Assembly (NCBI RefSeq): GCF_023055435.1
Contig: NW_025964057.1
Span: 1,116,001 to 1,180,000 of the forward strand
Reading direction: 5' to 3'
Source of the DNA: Haliotis rufescens
Taxonomy: Eukaryota
Length of the DNA: 64,000 nucleotides
The translations under genes were made by a program, and so were the position numbers. Below the pieces are notes generated by a model. That model did no database searches and was not told where the DNA came from. It was given only the letters and a program-made list of their open reading frames with translations. Position 1 is the stretch's first letter. Each line of letters begins with the position of its first letter. Positions 27,262-38,150 of the stretch are shown piece by piece.

Positions 27262-27441
27262 TTTTTTAAAGGAAACCATGAGATACAAAGATTACAGAGG
27301 ATACTTTTCTTGATGCATAATACTTCCTAACAACATACACATCAAATATTCACTCGATAATCAGCCTTCTGAATTAAAATCTTTATATATTATCAATAAG
27401 TTCAACATTGTTAATAGACATCTGAAAACCAAACAGTTTAC

Positions 27442-27453
27442 CTTGTCTGCCAT
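27442..27453 (-). CDS. Candidate first coding exon of the SLC6 gene (MADK)
   Basis: acaATG GCA GAC AAG|GTAAAC: good start context and a phase-0 donor matching the phase-0 acceptor at 2077. Very short, so inferential. Confidence 0.33.
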
Positions 27454-28440
27454 TGTCTGCCTCGGTTCAATTTACTTGTGGCCCAACGATGCTGAGGGGT
27501 GCTGTGAATGTCGCCAACAACAATCATTATGGTCTTATCAAACTTATCACCCTAACTCGAGATAGAATACCCAGCCGTCTGTATTGAAAGATCACCTATA
27601 CAGGATATCATTTCAACCATTCACCACCCATCATCACTTGGTGAAATTTATCGCGAACTAAACCCCCAGCCCAGGCTATGGGAGAGATCTGTCACGGTTG
27701 ATACCACACAGGCCCGGTCCCAATCCGCTCACCCTGCTTAGTCATCAACGTCACATTACAGAATCGTTGACACGATACCCTTTTTTGTCATTTCTTATAT
27801 AAACATTATATTTCTTTGATTAAAAACACGATGTCAGAAAGGTATGGATCATGTTTCAAACGTAGGTATTGGATTCCAGTCATCGTGCCCTATAACGAGA
27901 GACGCATAAGGGCACGGAGGAGTCAATGAAGGGATAAGTAAATACACATACCGCTCAGGAGACTCGACAAAACGGTTACTGAGACATTAACCCTTCTCAT
28001 AACCTCCAGTAGAACAAGTACACGTGTACGCGATTTTCAGTTGAATCAAGTGTCTACAAATAGACTATTCTGAATATATTTTTCAATCATAAAAAGCGAC
28101 ATTAATTAAAGGGTGGATGCATCTAGAATGGATGGATTTGTAGGAACAGGCCGTACCAGCCCCTGGCAGAGTTCGACAGTGCGTGGTGACTAGACATTGT
28201 CGAGGGCCAGGGTGACGCAGCGAATCATACAGATTGAGTTCTCTCGAGCGTTTTGTTCATATTCTATGCAGTTAATAGGTTATGGTGGAAATAGTTTCTG
28301 ATACAGCAGTTGGTTGTTTGTTTTTTTATTGCACGTCGCCGTCGCGTGGCAGGAGTACTGCTGTGTGGTATCAGGCAACAAACGCAATATGTCTGAGTGG
28401 CGGGGGCTACAGGTATGTCTGGAAATGCTTACTATTTTCG

Positions 28441-28580
28441 AGTGAGTGAGTGAGTGAGTTTGATTTTACGCCGCTTTCAGCAATATTCCAGCAATATCAC
28501 GACGGGGGACACCAGAAATGGGCTTCACACATTGTACCCATGTCGGGAATCGAACCCGGGTCTTCGGCGTGACGAGCGAA
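28441..28580 (-). mobile_element. tRNA-derived SINE with (CACT)n tail
   Basis: Reverse complement: gctcgtcacgccgaagacccgggttcgattccc...gtgatattgctggaatattgctgaaagcggcgtaaaatcaaactcactcact. Confidence 0.82.
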
Positions 28581-29946
28581 TACTATTTTCGAGACACCTG
28601 GTGTCTTTACTGATTGTCAGGGATCATTTATATAATTGTCACTGCTATTTTGTTTTTTAAGTCCAATGGAATCTATGTCGGTGGTAATCAAGACTGGGTG
28701 TTCTCTGGCATTGACGCTTTCTATATGTTTGACAGAGACGACAGTCAGTTTAAGGCACACCACACTCCTTCCCACTGTAAAATATACAGAGGAAGATAAA
28801 TCAAACTCTAGTTCAGGGTATTGTTAATACAGAACAGAATAACAAGTTAATATCTGTAACTCAAAAACAGAAATCGCAACCTACTTTTTGTATGGTCAGG
28901 TCTGCTTTTAGCAAAATTGAAGGTTGATGGTTATTAAATATATTTTGTAAGATTGTGTTAATATGTAATGCTGACCAGAAGGCTCAATATACTTTTATGT
29001 TTATATATTCTGATCATTGTGATTATGAAGGCGATATACATGTATCTCCCCAGAACACTTTTGTTCTTAGTCAAGCTTGTCAATTACAAACCCAGTTGTA
29101 GACTATTTGCATGTTTGTCAAACAAATTCAATTTGAAGCTCAGCATTGGCTAGCGTCATTTATAGTGTTTGAATAAAGAACAAAAAAAACCTTTACAGAC
29201 ATCGCTATTGGATGGGTCTCGTTATTTTAACACTGTGGAAACTGTCACCTGGTAGGTGCGGAGGAGAGAGTATTCGTCTCAGCTTATTTTGGGAGGGGTA
29301 CAACGTCATTCAGACGTTACAGAGTTACTGAATCTAAGGCGCATACTATTTAGTGAAACCAAGGCCATGGGTAGGACTTGGCAAACTAAGGATCATGAGC
29401 GAGGGCGAATCTGTGATTCGAGCCCATGATCATAGCTTCCTGACCCAACACAGGGCCGAAACTCTGCACAGCGAATTGCGGCGCCATAGACGAATGGGGT
29501 CACCAGTAACTCCGTACAGAAAATATGCTTGCTTTTTTCTTGTATTTTGCCGTAAAATTGTTACAAGCAACTTCGGCTTGACTGTAGTCACTCTCACTGC
29601 GCCTTTGTTTCAATGCGTCCTTCTACTTCACGAAGCTGAAGGTTTTGAAGACATGGGAAGCATAGTCTTGTTTTGCTTGGATCCTCATCTTCTGTCTCAT
29701 GAAGGGAGTCAAGTCAGCAAGGTCTGTTTTTTATGCTATATGGGGTCAAATAAAAGTATATCACTGAGTGTTAGCTTGGTAAAAGAGTAACAACAAAAGT
29801 AACACAAGCCAGATGGACCTGAGGTAATATCCGGAACATGGCATGCTGGGGCTGCGGGACGTTACTCAACACAGCAGCCGAGACACTGTGTAAGTTTGAT
29901 GTGCGTTTACATTGATCCGTGTCTATGATATGTCGTCATTTCTTCA

Positions 29947-30033
29947 GACCTGGGTACAATTTCTTATGTCCCCCGCCGTGATGTTGCAGGAATAGTGCTT
30001 AAAACGGCGTAAAACCCTACTCACGCACTCACT
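29947..30033 (+). mobile_element. Truncated copy of the 28441 SINE family
   Basis: tgggtacaat...cccccgccgtgatgttgcaggaatagtgcttaaaacggcgtaaaac...actcac. Confidence 0.65.
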
Positions 30034-31068
30034 CTAGAGTGGCAAATGCATCGAAGACTGTGCGAGTGGGTTATCCGCCATTGAAATACCAGGACATTTC
30101 AGGTTGGGTCATTTTGGGCCAAGGTTGTGCAGCAAAATTCAAATTCAACATTTGTTCATTACCTATATTGAGCCTTCTGGTCAGCATTACATATTAACAC
30201 AATCTTACAAAATATATTTCATAACCATCAACCTTCAATTTTGCTGAAAGCAGACCTGACCATATATAAAAAGTAGGTTCTCTGCTATCGATATCTTCCT
30301 TGATGAACTGATTGATGACAAATGCTGAGCTGTCCATCGCGTATTGACCCAGTTCTCTAGAGCTCTCAATCAAACAGTAACAGAATATCAACACAACTCT
30401 TTGTTCTGTATGTTAATGTCCTTGTAGTGTTGGTGAATCACTTGGTATTTCTTGTCCATCCTGTCCAGGTCGTGCAATACGTGCTTGAAAGTTGAAAGGA
30501 ATTATCATTAGTGTTGAAGAAATTTACGGTTATGGAAAGGGATTTATATAAGAGATTATTGATCAATGTACCCATAGATATATATTACACCAATTTTATA
30601 TATTACTATTTCATTATAACCATTCATTTTTTAACTAAAAACCGTTTCTAGCATATGATGTTTCCTTTAGGACGTGGTTTCCACGTACTATACACCTACG
30701 TACGACACGGGGTACGACGACAATTTGACAGATACGCATAGTAGCTTCGGTGTTCAATCCCCAAGTGAAAAAACAGTTTCAGGATTTACCGTTATCACTT
30801 TTCTAATTTTTTCACTTGCCAACTTCGTTCTTTCTTCAGAAGAATTAGTAATACAAATCTACTCCAACATAAACAGTAGAACTTTTCACAGACAAATTTA
30901 TGTTATCAATGTACAGATGTCCAGGCGATACAGATTTACTGTTTCATCTGAAAGTACACCCTTGATTATCATATATTTTAGCTGCCTCAGAAACGCTTAA
31001 GAACTGTTTGAAGTAGTTTGCATTTATTAAGTATAATATGTCCATGATTACAGGCTGCTTGTGACCCA

Positions 31069-33400
31069 GATACACAACCAGGCAGCATATGTGTCTGAAG
31101 GCATCAAGTAGGTGATCAAATACACAACCAGGCAGTATATGGGTCTGCAGGCATCAAGTAGGTGATCACATACACAACTAGGCAGTATATGGGTCTGCAG
31201 GCATCACGTAGGTGATCACATACACAACCAGGCAGCATATGTGTCTGCAGGCATCAAGTAGGCGATCACATAAACAACCAGGCAGCATATGTGTCTGCAG
31301 GCATCACGTAGGTGGTCACATAAACAACCAGGCAGCATATGTGTCTGCAGGTATCAAGTAGGTGATCAAATACACAACCAGACAGCATATGTGTCTGCAG
31401 GCATCAAGTAGCTAGGTGATCAAATACACAACCAGACAGCATATGTGTCTGCAGGCATCAAGTAGGTGATCAAATACACAACCAGGCAGCATATGTGTTT
31501 GCAGGCATCAAGTAGGTGATCAAATACACAACCAGGCAGTATATGTGTCTGCAGGCATCAAGTAGGTGATCAAATACACAACCAGACAGCATATGTGTCT
31601 GCAGGCATCAAGTAGGTGATCAAATACACAACCAGGCAGCATATGTGTCTGCAGGCATCAAGTAGGTGTGTGAGTGTGAGGTAATGCTTTACGTCACATC
31701 GGCAATATTTCAGCCATATCGTGACGAGAAGTTAGACATGAAATATACATATATTTAAACTTTATAAAAATCTGTCATCGAAGGACAGTATGAGAACTAG
31801 AATATCACAGATAACATTTTAAAACTAGTTGCGGAACATTTAAAAGCATTAAGTATTAATGAACAGCACAATATAAAAATGGGCTAGAGATCGTCAGTAA
31901 CTAAAGGGAGATCACCACACCAGGGACCATGGGGACTTACAGTACCTTTGCTTCCTGCATGGACCCCGGCAGGATTTACACCATCCCTTCAGTTGCTGGC
32001 GATTATATGCAAGTTTAGCCATTGAATAAAACTAACAAATATACTACGATTTAAAAGTCGGGTATGCAGAAAAACTACTACGAATGGTTTGGGACTTACA
32101 TACCCTCTTAGGGGGACAATAATTTTACTCTACTTCAACCCCCCTCGAGGGTACAGCCACTCACAATCTAAGTTATTTATTAGCACTACCAATTTATAAA
32201 ATAATACATTAAGCACATCAAAATTTATGGACAAGTTCTATTTCTTTTAAAAAAATTAATATTAAATGAGAATTAACATCATTAAAAAGGTCCTTAACTG
32301 TTTTGACACTGAAATATTTATCCCTTGTGATGGAAAAATCAATACAGTCAAGCAGGACATGCTGCATCAAGTAGGTGATCAAATACACAACCAGGCAGCA
32401 TATGTGTCTGAAGGCATCAAGTAGGCGATCAAATACACAACCAGGCAGCATATGTGTCTGCAGGCATCAAGTAGGTGGTCACATACACAACTAGGCAGCA
32501 TATGGGTCTGCAGGCATCAAGTAGGCGATCAAATACAAAACCAGACAGCATATGTGTCTGAAGGCATCAAGTAGGCGATCAAATACACAACCAGGCAGCA
32601 TATGTGTCTGCAGGCATCAAGTAGGTGGTCACATACACAACCAGGCAGCATATGGGTCTGCAGGCATCAAGTAGGCGATCAAATACAAAACCAGACAGCA
32701 TATGTGTCTGAAGGCATCAAGTAGGCGATCAAATACACAACCAGGCAGTATATGTGTCTGCAGGCATCAAGTAGGTGGTCACATACACAACTAGGCAGCA
32801 TATGCGTCTGCAGGCTTCAAGTAGGTGATCAAATACACAACCAGGCAGCATATGTGTCTGCAGGCATCAAGTAGCTAGGTGATTAAATACACAACCAGAC
32901 AGCATATGTGTCTGAAGGCATCAAGTAGGCGATCAAATACAAAACCAGACAGCATATGTGTCTGAAGGCATCAAGTAGGCGATCAAATACACAACCAGGC
33001 AGTATATGTGTCTGCAGGCATCAAGTAGGTGGTCACATACACAACTAGGCAGCATATGGGTCTGCAGGCATCAAGTAGGCGATCAAATACAAAACCAGAC
33101 AGCATATGTGTCTGAAGGCATCAAGTAGGCGATCAAATACACAACCAGGCAGTATATGTGTCTGCAGGCATCAAGTAGGTGGTCACATACACAACTAGGC
33201 AGCATATGTGTCTGCAGGCTTCAAGTAGGTGATCAAATACACAACCAGGCAGCATATGTGTCTGCAGGCATCAAGTAGCTAGGTGATTAAATACACAACC
33301 AGACAGCATATGTGTCTGAAGGCATCAAGTAGGTGATCAAATACCCAACCAGGCAGCATTTGTGTCTGTAAGGCGTCAAGTAGGTGATCAAATAGACAAA
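31069..33400. repeat. 50-bp minisatellite (~32 units), interrupted by a LINE fragment
   Basis: Unit atacacaaccaggcagcatatgtgtctgcaggcatcaagtaggtgatcaa, with occasional 54-bp variants. Confidence 0.95.
31669..32363 (-). mobile_element. 3' end of an I-group (Nimb-like) LINE with 3' UTR and (CACT/CA)n tail
   Basis: HVLLDCIDFSITRDKYF...KDLF...FLKEIEL C-terminus. Flanked by GCATCAAGTAGGTG (31655-31668, 32364-32377). Confidence 0.75.
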
Positions 33401-33539
33401 CCCGGCAACCGGCCTGTCATCAGATATAGCCTACTCCAACAACCATTCATACAAACACGGTATGCGCTCAATATGGGGTGATGGAAATTTAGTATACACT
33501 CCACACGGTGCTGTCAGTTCATGTATCCAGAAGATCGTG

Positions 33540-34521
33540 AGTAGTATAGAACGGGTCCTCAGGAACCCCTTTTGGTTGAGGGAGGTTGAGGGAAAATAGG
33601 GAAGGTGATTGGTTGATCCAAGTCACGTGATCGGATAGGATGACTCATGCATCAACAGCGCGTCACAGGTGAGGGGGAATGAAAGGTGTGTGTTTATAAG
33701 GCAGAAAAGAATTCATAAGAAAACAAAAGTAAAAGGTTATGAATAGAGCTATGCGTATAGCGTGCTGCCCTAAATAGACAGACCGTACCCGTCAGGCCAG
33801 TTTTAATTGAGCGCGCTTGACAACTCACGTGGCCTCGTCGTTTAACCCGCGCTCGCTAGAGCGTGCGACCTGGTTTGATGAATACAGGGTGTGTGTTGAA
33901 AGTAGATCATACCACAATAGAGACGGGTTATGTCAACACGATATACGCCGGGTAATGTAGGAATAAAAAATGTACGTCTAGCTGGATCAAATTCATCTTG
34001 TACGGTCTTCACGTTGTACATCACGAACGTTAGACAACCTGTATAGAAAAAAATATATAGACAAAATAGATAAGACTTCGCAATCAGCAAGCTAGCGGTG
34101 TCGTTTAATTACATTTAGCGCGCAACAACGAGGTAGTCACGTCACCCTGCATTGACTATAACGCTGAAGGCAGCCGGATTTCGAAACACCCTGCGCTGTG
34201 TACTATTGTGAACCATTTGTATAGAGGGCGTTCACTTATTCAGCCCTGTCCCGACTTGCATAGTTGATGTTTCAATGCTAACGTTTCCATTTAACGCGAT
34301 GACAAATAAACCCTACGGTTTGAGTTTTAACCGTGTAACATGATGTGCACAGTTTTACTTCAGAACGTGCTATTTTGACAATAGATAGTTAGAACCAAGT
34401 CTATGTTCAATAGAAAACTGATGAGTACATGTAGCAGTGTGACGGCACGAAGCTAGGTTTGTTGGGAAAGTGATGGAAGCAATCTATAAGACATTTCATG
34501 TTTACAATAGTCACCCTTAAT
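33540..34521 (+). repeat. Polinton left terminal inverted repeat
   Basis: Reverse complement of 57797-58781; high identity except for the subterminal ~50 nt. Confidence 0.95.
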
Positions 34522-34807
34522 TCGAAGAGAGAACAGAGTTTATCATGGAAAAATGTTTCACCAGGAAAATGTTTCATTGGAAAAATATGTCGAAGCAGGT
34601 TTATTCATATCTATAATGACATTACTTTCTCCTATAGACTCGCGTGTTTAGACATGTTTGAACACGTCTACCACGTCACGTGTGCATCACGTGACTAGGC
34701 CCGCAGTATATGAAACAGATTTGAACCAAAGGGCCTTCCGTACCACACTGAATGCTTTTCACTTTGCTCGGTGTTACCCTAGAAGATCACAGCACTTTCC
34801 TTGAGTC

Positions 34808-35320
34808 ATGGCAACGAGCAGTACAAGTCCATCTACGGGATCCACAATGCAAGCAGTGGGTTCATCAGAAGAACACAGAGAGAGTATGTTTCATATCGGC
34901 AGTAGTCGCTACATCAAGGCTACCCGTTGGAGTGGAGAGTGGAAAATAGACATTCGTCAATACGAATGGAGTGCTCAAGGCTTACTCTATCCCACCAAGG
35001 CAGGTACTTGTTTATCTCTCGATCAATGGGTGCAGCTGGAGGTTATTGAAAAGACTGTGTCAGACTCGTTAAGTCAAATCCTGAACAAGAAAGATTGCTC
35101 TCTCTGTCTACCGTTAGGGTGTAACGTTTTCCTAACCATGAACTCGCCCAACAAAGTCGTGGATATACGGCAGTGGTGGCTACCCGATGGTGAACGGGAA
35201 GTAAAACCGACGCGCAAAGGCATGGCTCTTAAGCCAGAAGAATGGCGTCAGCTGCTCAAAGTCAGGGCGCTACTGGATGACTGTATGGCATACAATCCAC
35301 GCAGTATGTGTACGTTATAA
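34808..35320 (+). CDS. Tandem PC4/Sub1-like (whirly-fold) ssDNA-binding protein
   Basis: Two repeats, FHIGSSRYIK..WSGEWKIDIRQY...PTKAGTCLSLDQWVQL and LPLGCNVFLT....VVDIRQWW...KPTRKGMALKPEEWRQL, match the PC4 pattern (IDIR-x-Y/W...P-x2-KG-x-SL-x2-EQW). Confidence 0.85.
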   Translation: MATSSTSPSTGSTMQAVGSSEEHRESMFHIGSSRYIKATRWSGEWKIDIRQYEWSAQGLLYPTKAGTCLSLDQWVQLEVIEKTVSDSLSQILNKKDCSLCLPLGCNVFLTMNSPNKVVDIRQWWLPDGEREVKPTRKGMALKPEEWRQLLKVRALLDDCMAYNPRSMCTL

Positions 35321-35497
35321 TGAACTGTGACTGTGCAGACTATACATTGACTGCATCATGATATCATTTTCTAAATATAGCATATATAAAAAGAAACGTA
35401 CACCACGCATACTGTTTCATTCAGGCGTGAGACTTCCTTACGAGTCGCATCCTTCCCTGCATGCTAGCCGAGAAAGAAAACTTCCATCCTATATAGA

Positions 35498-36100
35498 ATG
35501 TCGAGTGACAGAATGACTTTCTTCACCTGGAAGTACGTGCAACGCGAACCCGATCGTATCCACGAAACCGTCGTTATACAGTCGTCTAGATGGTTTCAAC
35601 ATCGGGAACATTGTATACAAGATGCCGAGATGAAAGTCCCCAACGAGGATAAGAAGTTAAAACGAATCAAGAAGATGAAAGCTATCGTCGTAGATGAAGT
35701 GGAATCGGTTGAAGTCACTGACTACATGTTGTCGTTGCTGACGCTATGCTATACTGTGGAACTGTGTAAAATTATCAAACGACTCGCCGTCCAACTGTGT
35801 TTCGGTTGCATGTTTGAACAAACTGACAGTCAATACCATACTTGTCAGGACTTGTCTGACCAACACAAAATACACCAATACATAAATACAGCCTTAGACG
35901 AAGTGAATGACGATCGTGTGATTGATCAATGGATTCGATTGATTCACGAAGATCCAAGCTTAAGCAGCATGTCCTCCCACTCTGTCTGTCAGTATCGGTG
36001 TAAGGACCATCTGGACACTCACTTCAAAACGGGTGACTGGTTAAAAGACATACAGGACCGTGAATGGAAAATGTTGTATTTAGAAAGAGCATTCCGATGA
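35498..36100 (+). CDS. Polinton hypothetical protein with CxxC-x8-HxC putative Zn site
   Basis: Intact 200-aa ORF preceded by TATA/Inr and followed by AATAAA. Motif CFGCMFEQTDSQYHTC. Confidence 0.65.
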   Translation: MSSDRMTFFTWKYVQREPDRIHETVVIQSSRWFQHREHCIQDAEMKVPNEDKKLKRIKKMKAIVVDEVESVEVTDYMLSLLTLCYTVELCKIIKRLAVQLCFGCMFEQTDSQYHTCQDLSDQHKIHQYINTALDEVNDDRVIDQWIRLIHEDPSLSSMSSHSVCQYRCKDHLDTHFKTGDWLKDIQDREWKMLYLERAFR

Positions 36101-36280
36101 ACGGTGTGCTGTTGTATATAATCCGAAGTAGCATCTCAATAGCTGTACACTCATGTTTGCCTTGTATGTAATAAATAATAGTATTGAACAATGCATGTGT
36201 CTGTTATCATTATTGTGTATATAAAGAGAGTGTGAGCAGATGGGGCGGTCGCAGTTGAGTTTACCTCACGAGACAGAAAC

Positions 36281-37365
36281 ATGTCTAGTAAGTCACATGT
36301 AACACCGTCGTCGTCGTCTCGTCAGAAAGAGTTAGAGAGCTATTACTTTAATCCCAAGTCCCCGGGTGCGTATTACGGTGCCTCCAAATTTCAACAAAGT
36401 TTAAAAAGACGTGGGAAAATGGTTAGCGTGTCCAAGGTAAAAGCCGAATTGAGCAAGCACGATGCTTACACGCTTCATAAGTCGGTGAAACGCAAATTTC
36501 AACGACTCAGAGTACTCGTCAACCGAAGTGAACGATGGTATACGTTACGTGCTGATAGCCATTGACATTTTGTCGCGCTATCTATGGATAGCCCCTTCAA
36601 AAAACAAGAAACCCGAGTCCACTGTCGAGGCATTCAAAGGCATCCTGTCGCACGGTCGCAAGCCACAAACCATCAGAGTGGACAAAGGTACGGAATTTAA
36701 AGGGGCATTCCAGGATTTTATAGAGCGTCAGTCGATCAAACTGTTCGTCACTCAGAACGAAGACATTAAAGCGAATTACGCCGAGAGAGTCATTCGAACG
36801 TTGAGGTCACTCATAGCGAGGTATCTGACACACAAGAACACCGAGCGCTATGTGGACGTGCTACCCGATTTAGTGTATAATTACAATCACACAGTACACA
36901 GAAGTTTAGGCGAGTGGGCTCCTGCAGATGTGAATGAACGAAATGAAGTCAAAGTATGGAATCATTTATACACGAAACCATCACCATACATGACACACAA
37001 ACTCCGTCCCTTTCAATATAAAATAGGGGATATCGTGAGAATCAGTTATTTGAGAAAACCTTTTGCTAAGGAACACAACTTGAGATGGACGGAAGAGTTA
37101 TTTAAAGTAGCAGCCCGTTATCGACGACAGGGTATTCCTTTATACACACTGAAAGATTTTCACGACCAGTTCTTAAAGGGACACTTTTACGAAGAAGAAT
37201 TACAGCGTGTCGATAAAGATTTAGATGCCGCATGGGATATCGAAAAAGTGTTAAAGAAAAAAAGACAAAGGGAAATTGTACTATTTAGTCAGGTGGGCAG
37301 GCTGGCCGTCGAGTTTCGATTCCTGGGTAGAAGCAAGGGAAGTGAAGGACAAGTTAAATGGATAA
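36281..37365 (+). pseudogene. Polinton retroviral-type (RVE) integrase with C-terminal chromodomain, disrupted
   Basis: YYFNPKSPGAY...; IDILSRY; VDKGTEF; AERVIRTL; YNHTVHRS. After an A-run frameshift (~37260): KLYYLVRWAGWPSSFDSWV (chromodomain). Frameshift/deletion at ~36525. Confidence 0.92.
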
Positions 37366-37783
37366 ATACATCGTGTTTAACAGTGCAGACTCCCGGGAGT
37401 ATTATCCGGACAACACGCCTTACCGTTTCCGGGTGAAACTGTCTCAACATTTGAAACTGGAGGGCATGTGGATGGTGGCTCTGTTAGAAATAAAACTAGG
37501 ACGAGTCGAGTTGAAAGATATCAATAATACCACCATTGACGTGTTGTGTAATCTGTGCGACAGTTCACACGTGGGTGAGAATTATCTACCTTTATTGAGA
37601 CGACTCGATCTGAGAGACGGACCCAATTATTATTTTCACCAGCCATGGTACTTACCCGTTATCGTGAGAGACACGTCAGAAATCGAAGTGTATATAAAGT
37701 GTGCAGAAGGAACATCGCATTCATTTCTGAAAGAGACCGTGAACGTATCACTCGTGTTGCGACGGTATCCCTTTCTGACTTAA
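37358..37783 (+). CDS. Polinton minor capsid protein (penton, single jelly roll)
   Basis: NSADSREYYPDNTPYRFRVKL...LEGMWMVALLEI...LPLLR...PWYLPV, the Polinton penton pattern. Confidence 0.8.
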   Translation: MDKYIVFNSADSREYYPDNTPYRFRVKLSQHLKLEGMWMVALLEIKLGRVELKDINNTTIDVLCNLCDSSHVGENYLPLLRRLDLRDGPNYYFHQPWYLPVIVRDTSEIEVYIKCAEGTSHSFLKETVNVSLVLRRYPFLT

Positions 37784-37788
37784 GCACG

Positions 37789-38148
37789 ATGGAACGGAAA
37801 CTGTACATTCCCGACACTAAGAAGTTTGTGGACTTTTTAGTAGATCGCAGAAGTAAGCATGAGGGAAAACAGCTGATCAAAGGTCGACCCAGGTCGCGAA
37901 TCATTCCCATCGCACCCCGAGCCAAAGTATCACCCAGCCGCGACTCTAAATTGAACGTAACAATGACGTCACCCAATCAGAACGTGGTCCAGAGAGCCGT
38001 GGCGGCTCAGAAACGAACTAAGGCTATAAAACGCAAAGCAGGAGACAAGATTGTCACATCGAAGAAAGTACGTAACAGCTCTAAACGATCCTTCATCGAG
38101 TTTAAAGATACCCCCGCTATCGACCCCAGAGACATCTTCAACCAGTAA
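37789..38148 (+). CDS. Small K/R-rich protein, candidate virion core/DNA-condensing protein
   Basis: 119 aa and highly basic, located between the penton and MCP genes; function inferred. Confidence 0.6.
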   Translation: MERKLYIPDTKKFVDFLVDRRSKHEGKQLIKGRPRSRIIPIAPRAKVSPSRDSKLNVTMTSPNQNVVQRAVAAQKRTKAIKRKAGDKIVTSKKVRNSSKRSFIEFKDTPAIDPRDIFNQ

Positions 38149-38150
38149 CC

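Noticed and set aside
31069-33400. CRISPR-like array
   Set aside because: Contiguous 50-bp units with no unique spacers, no cas genes and a eukaryotic context; it is a minisatellite.
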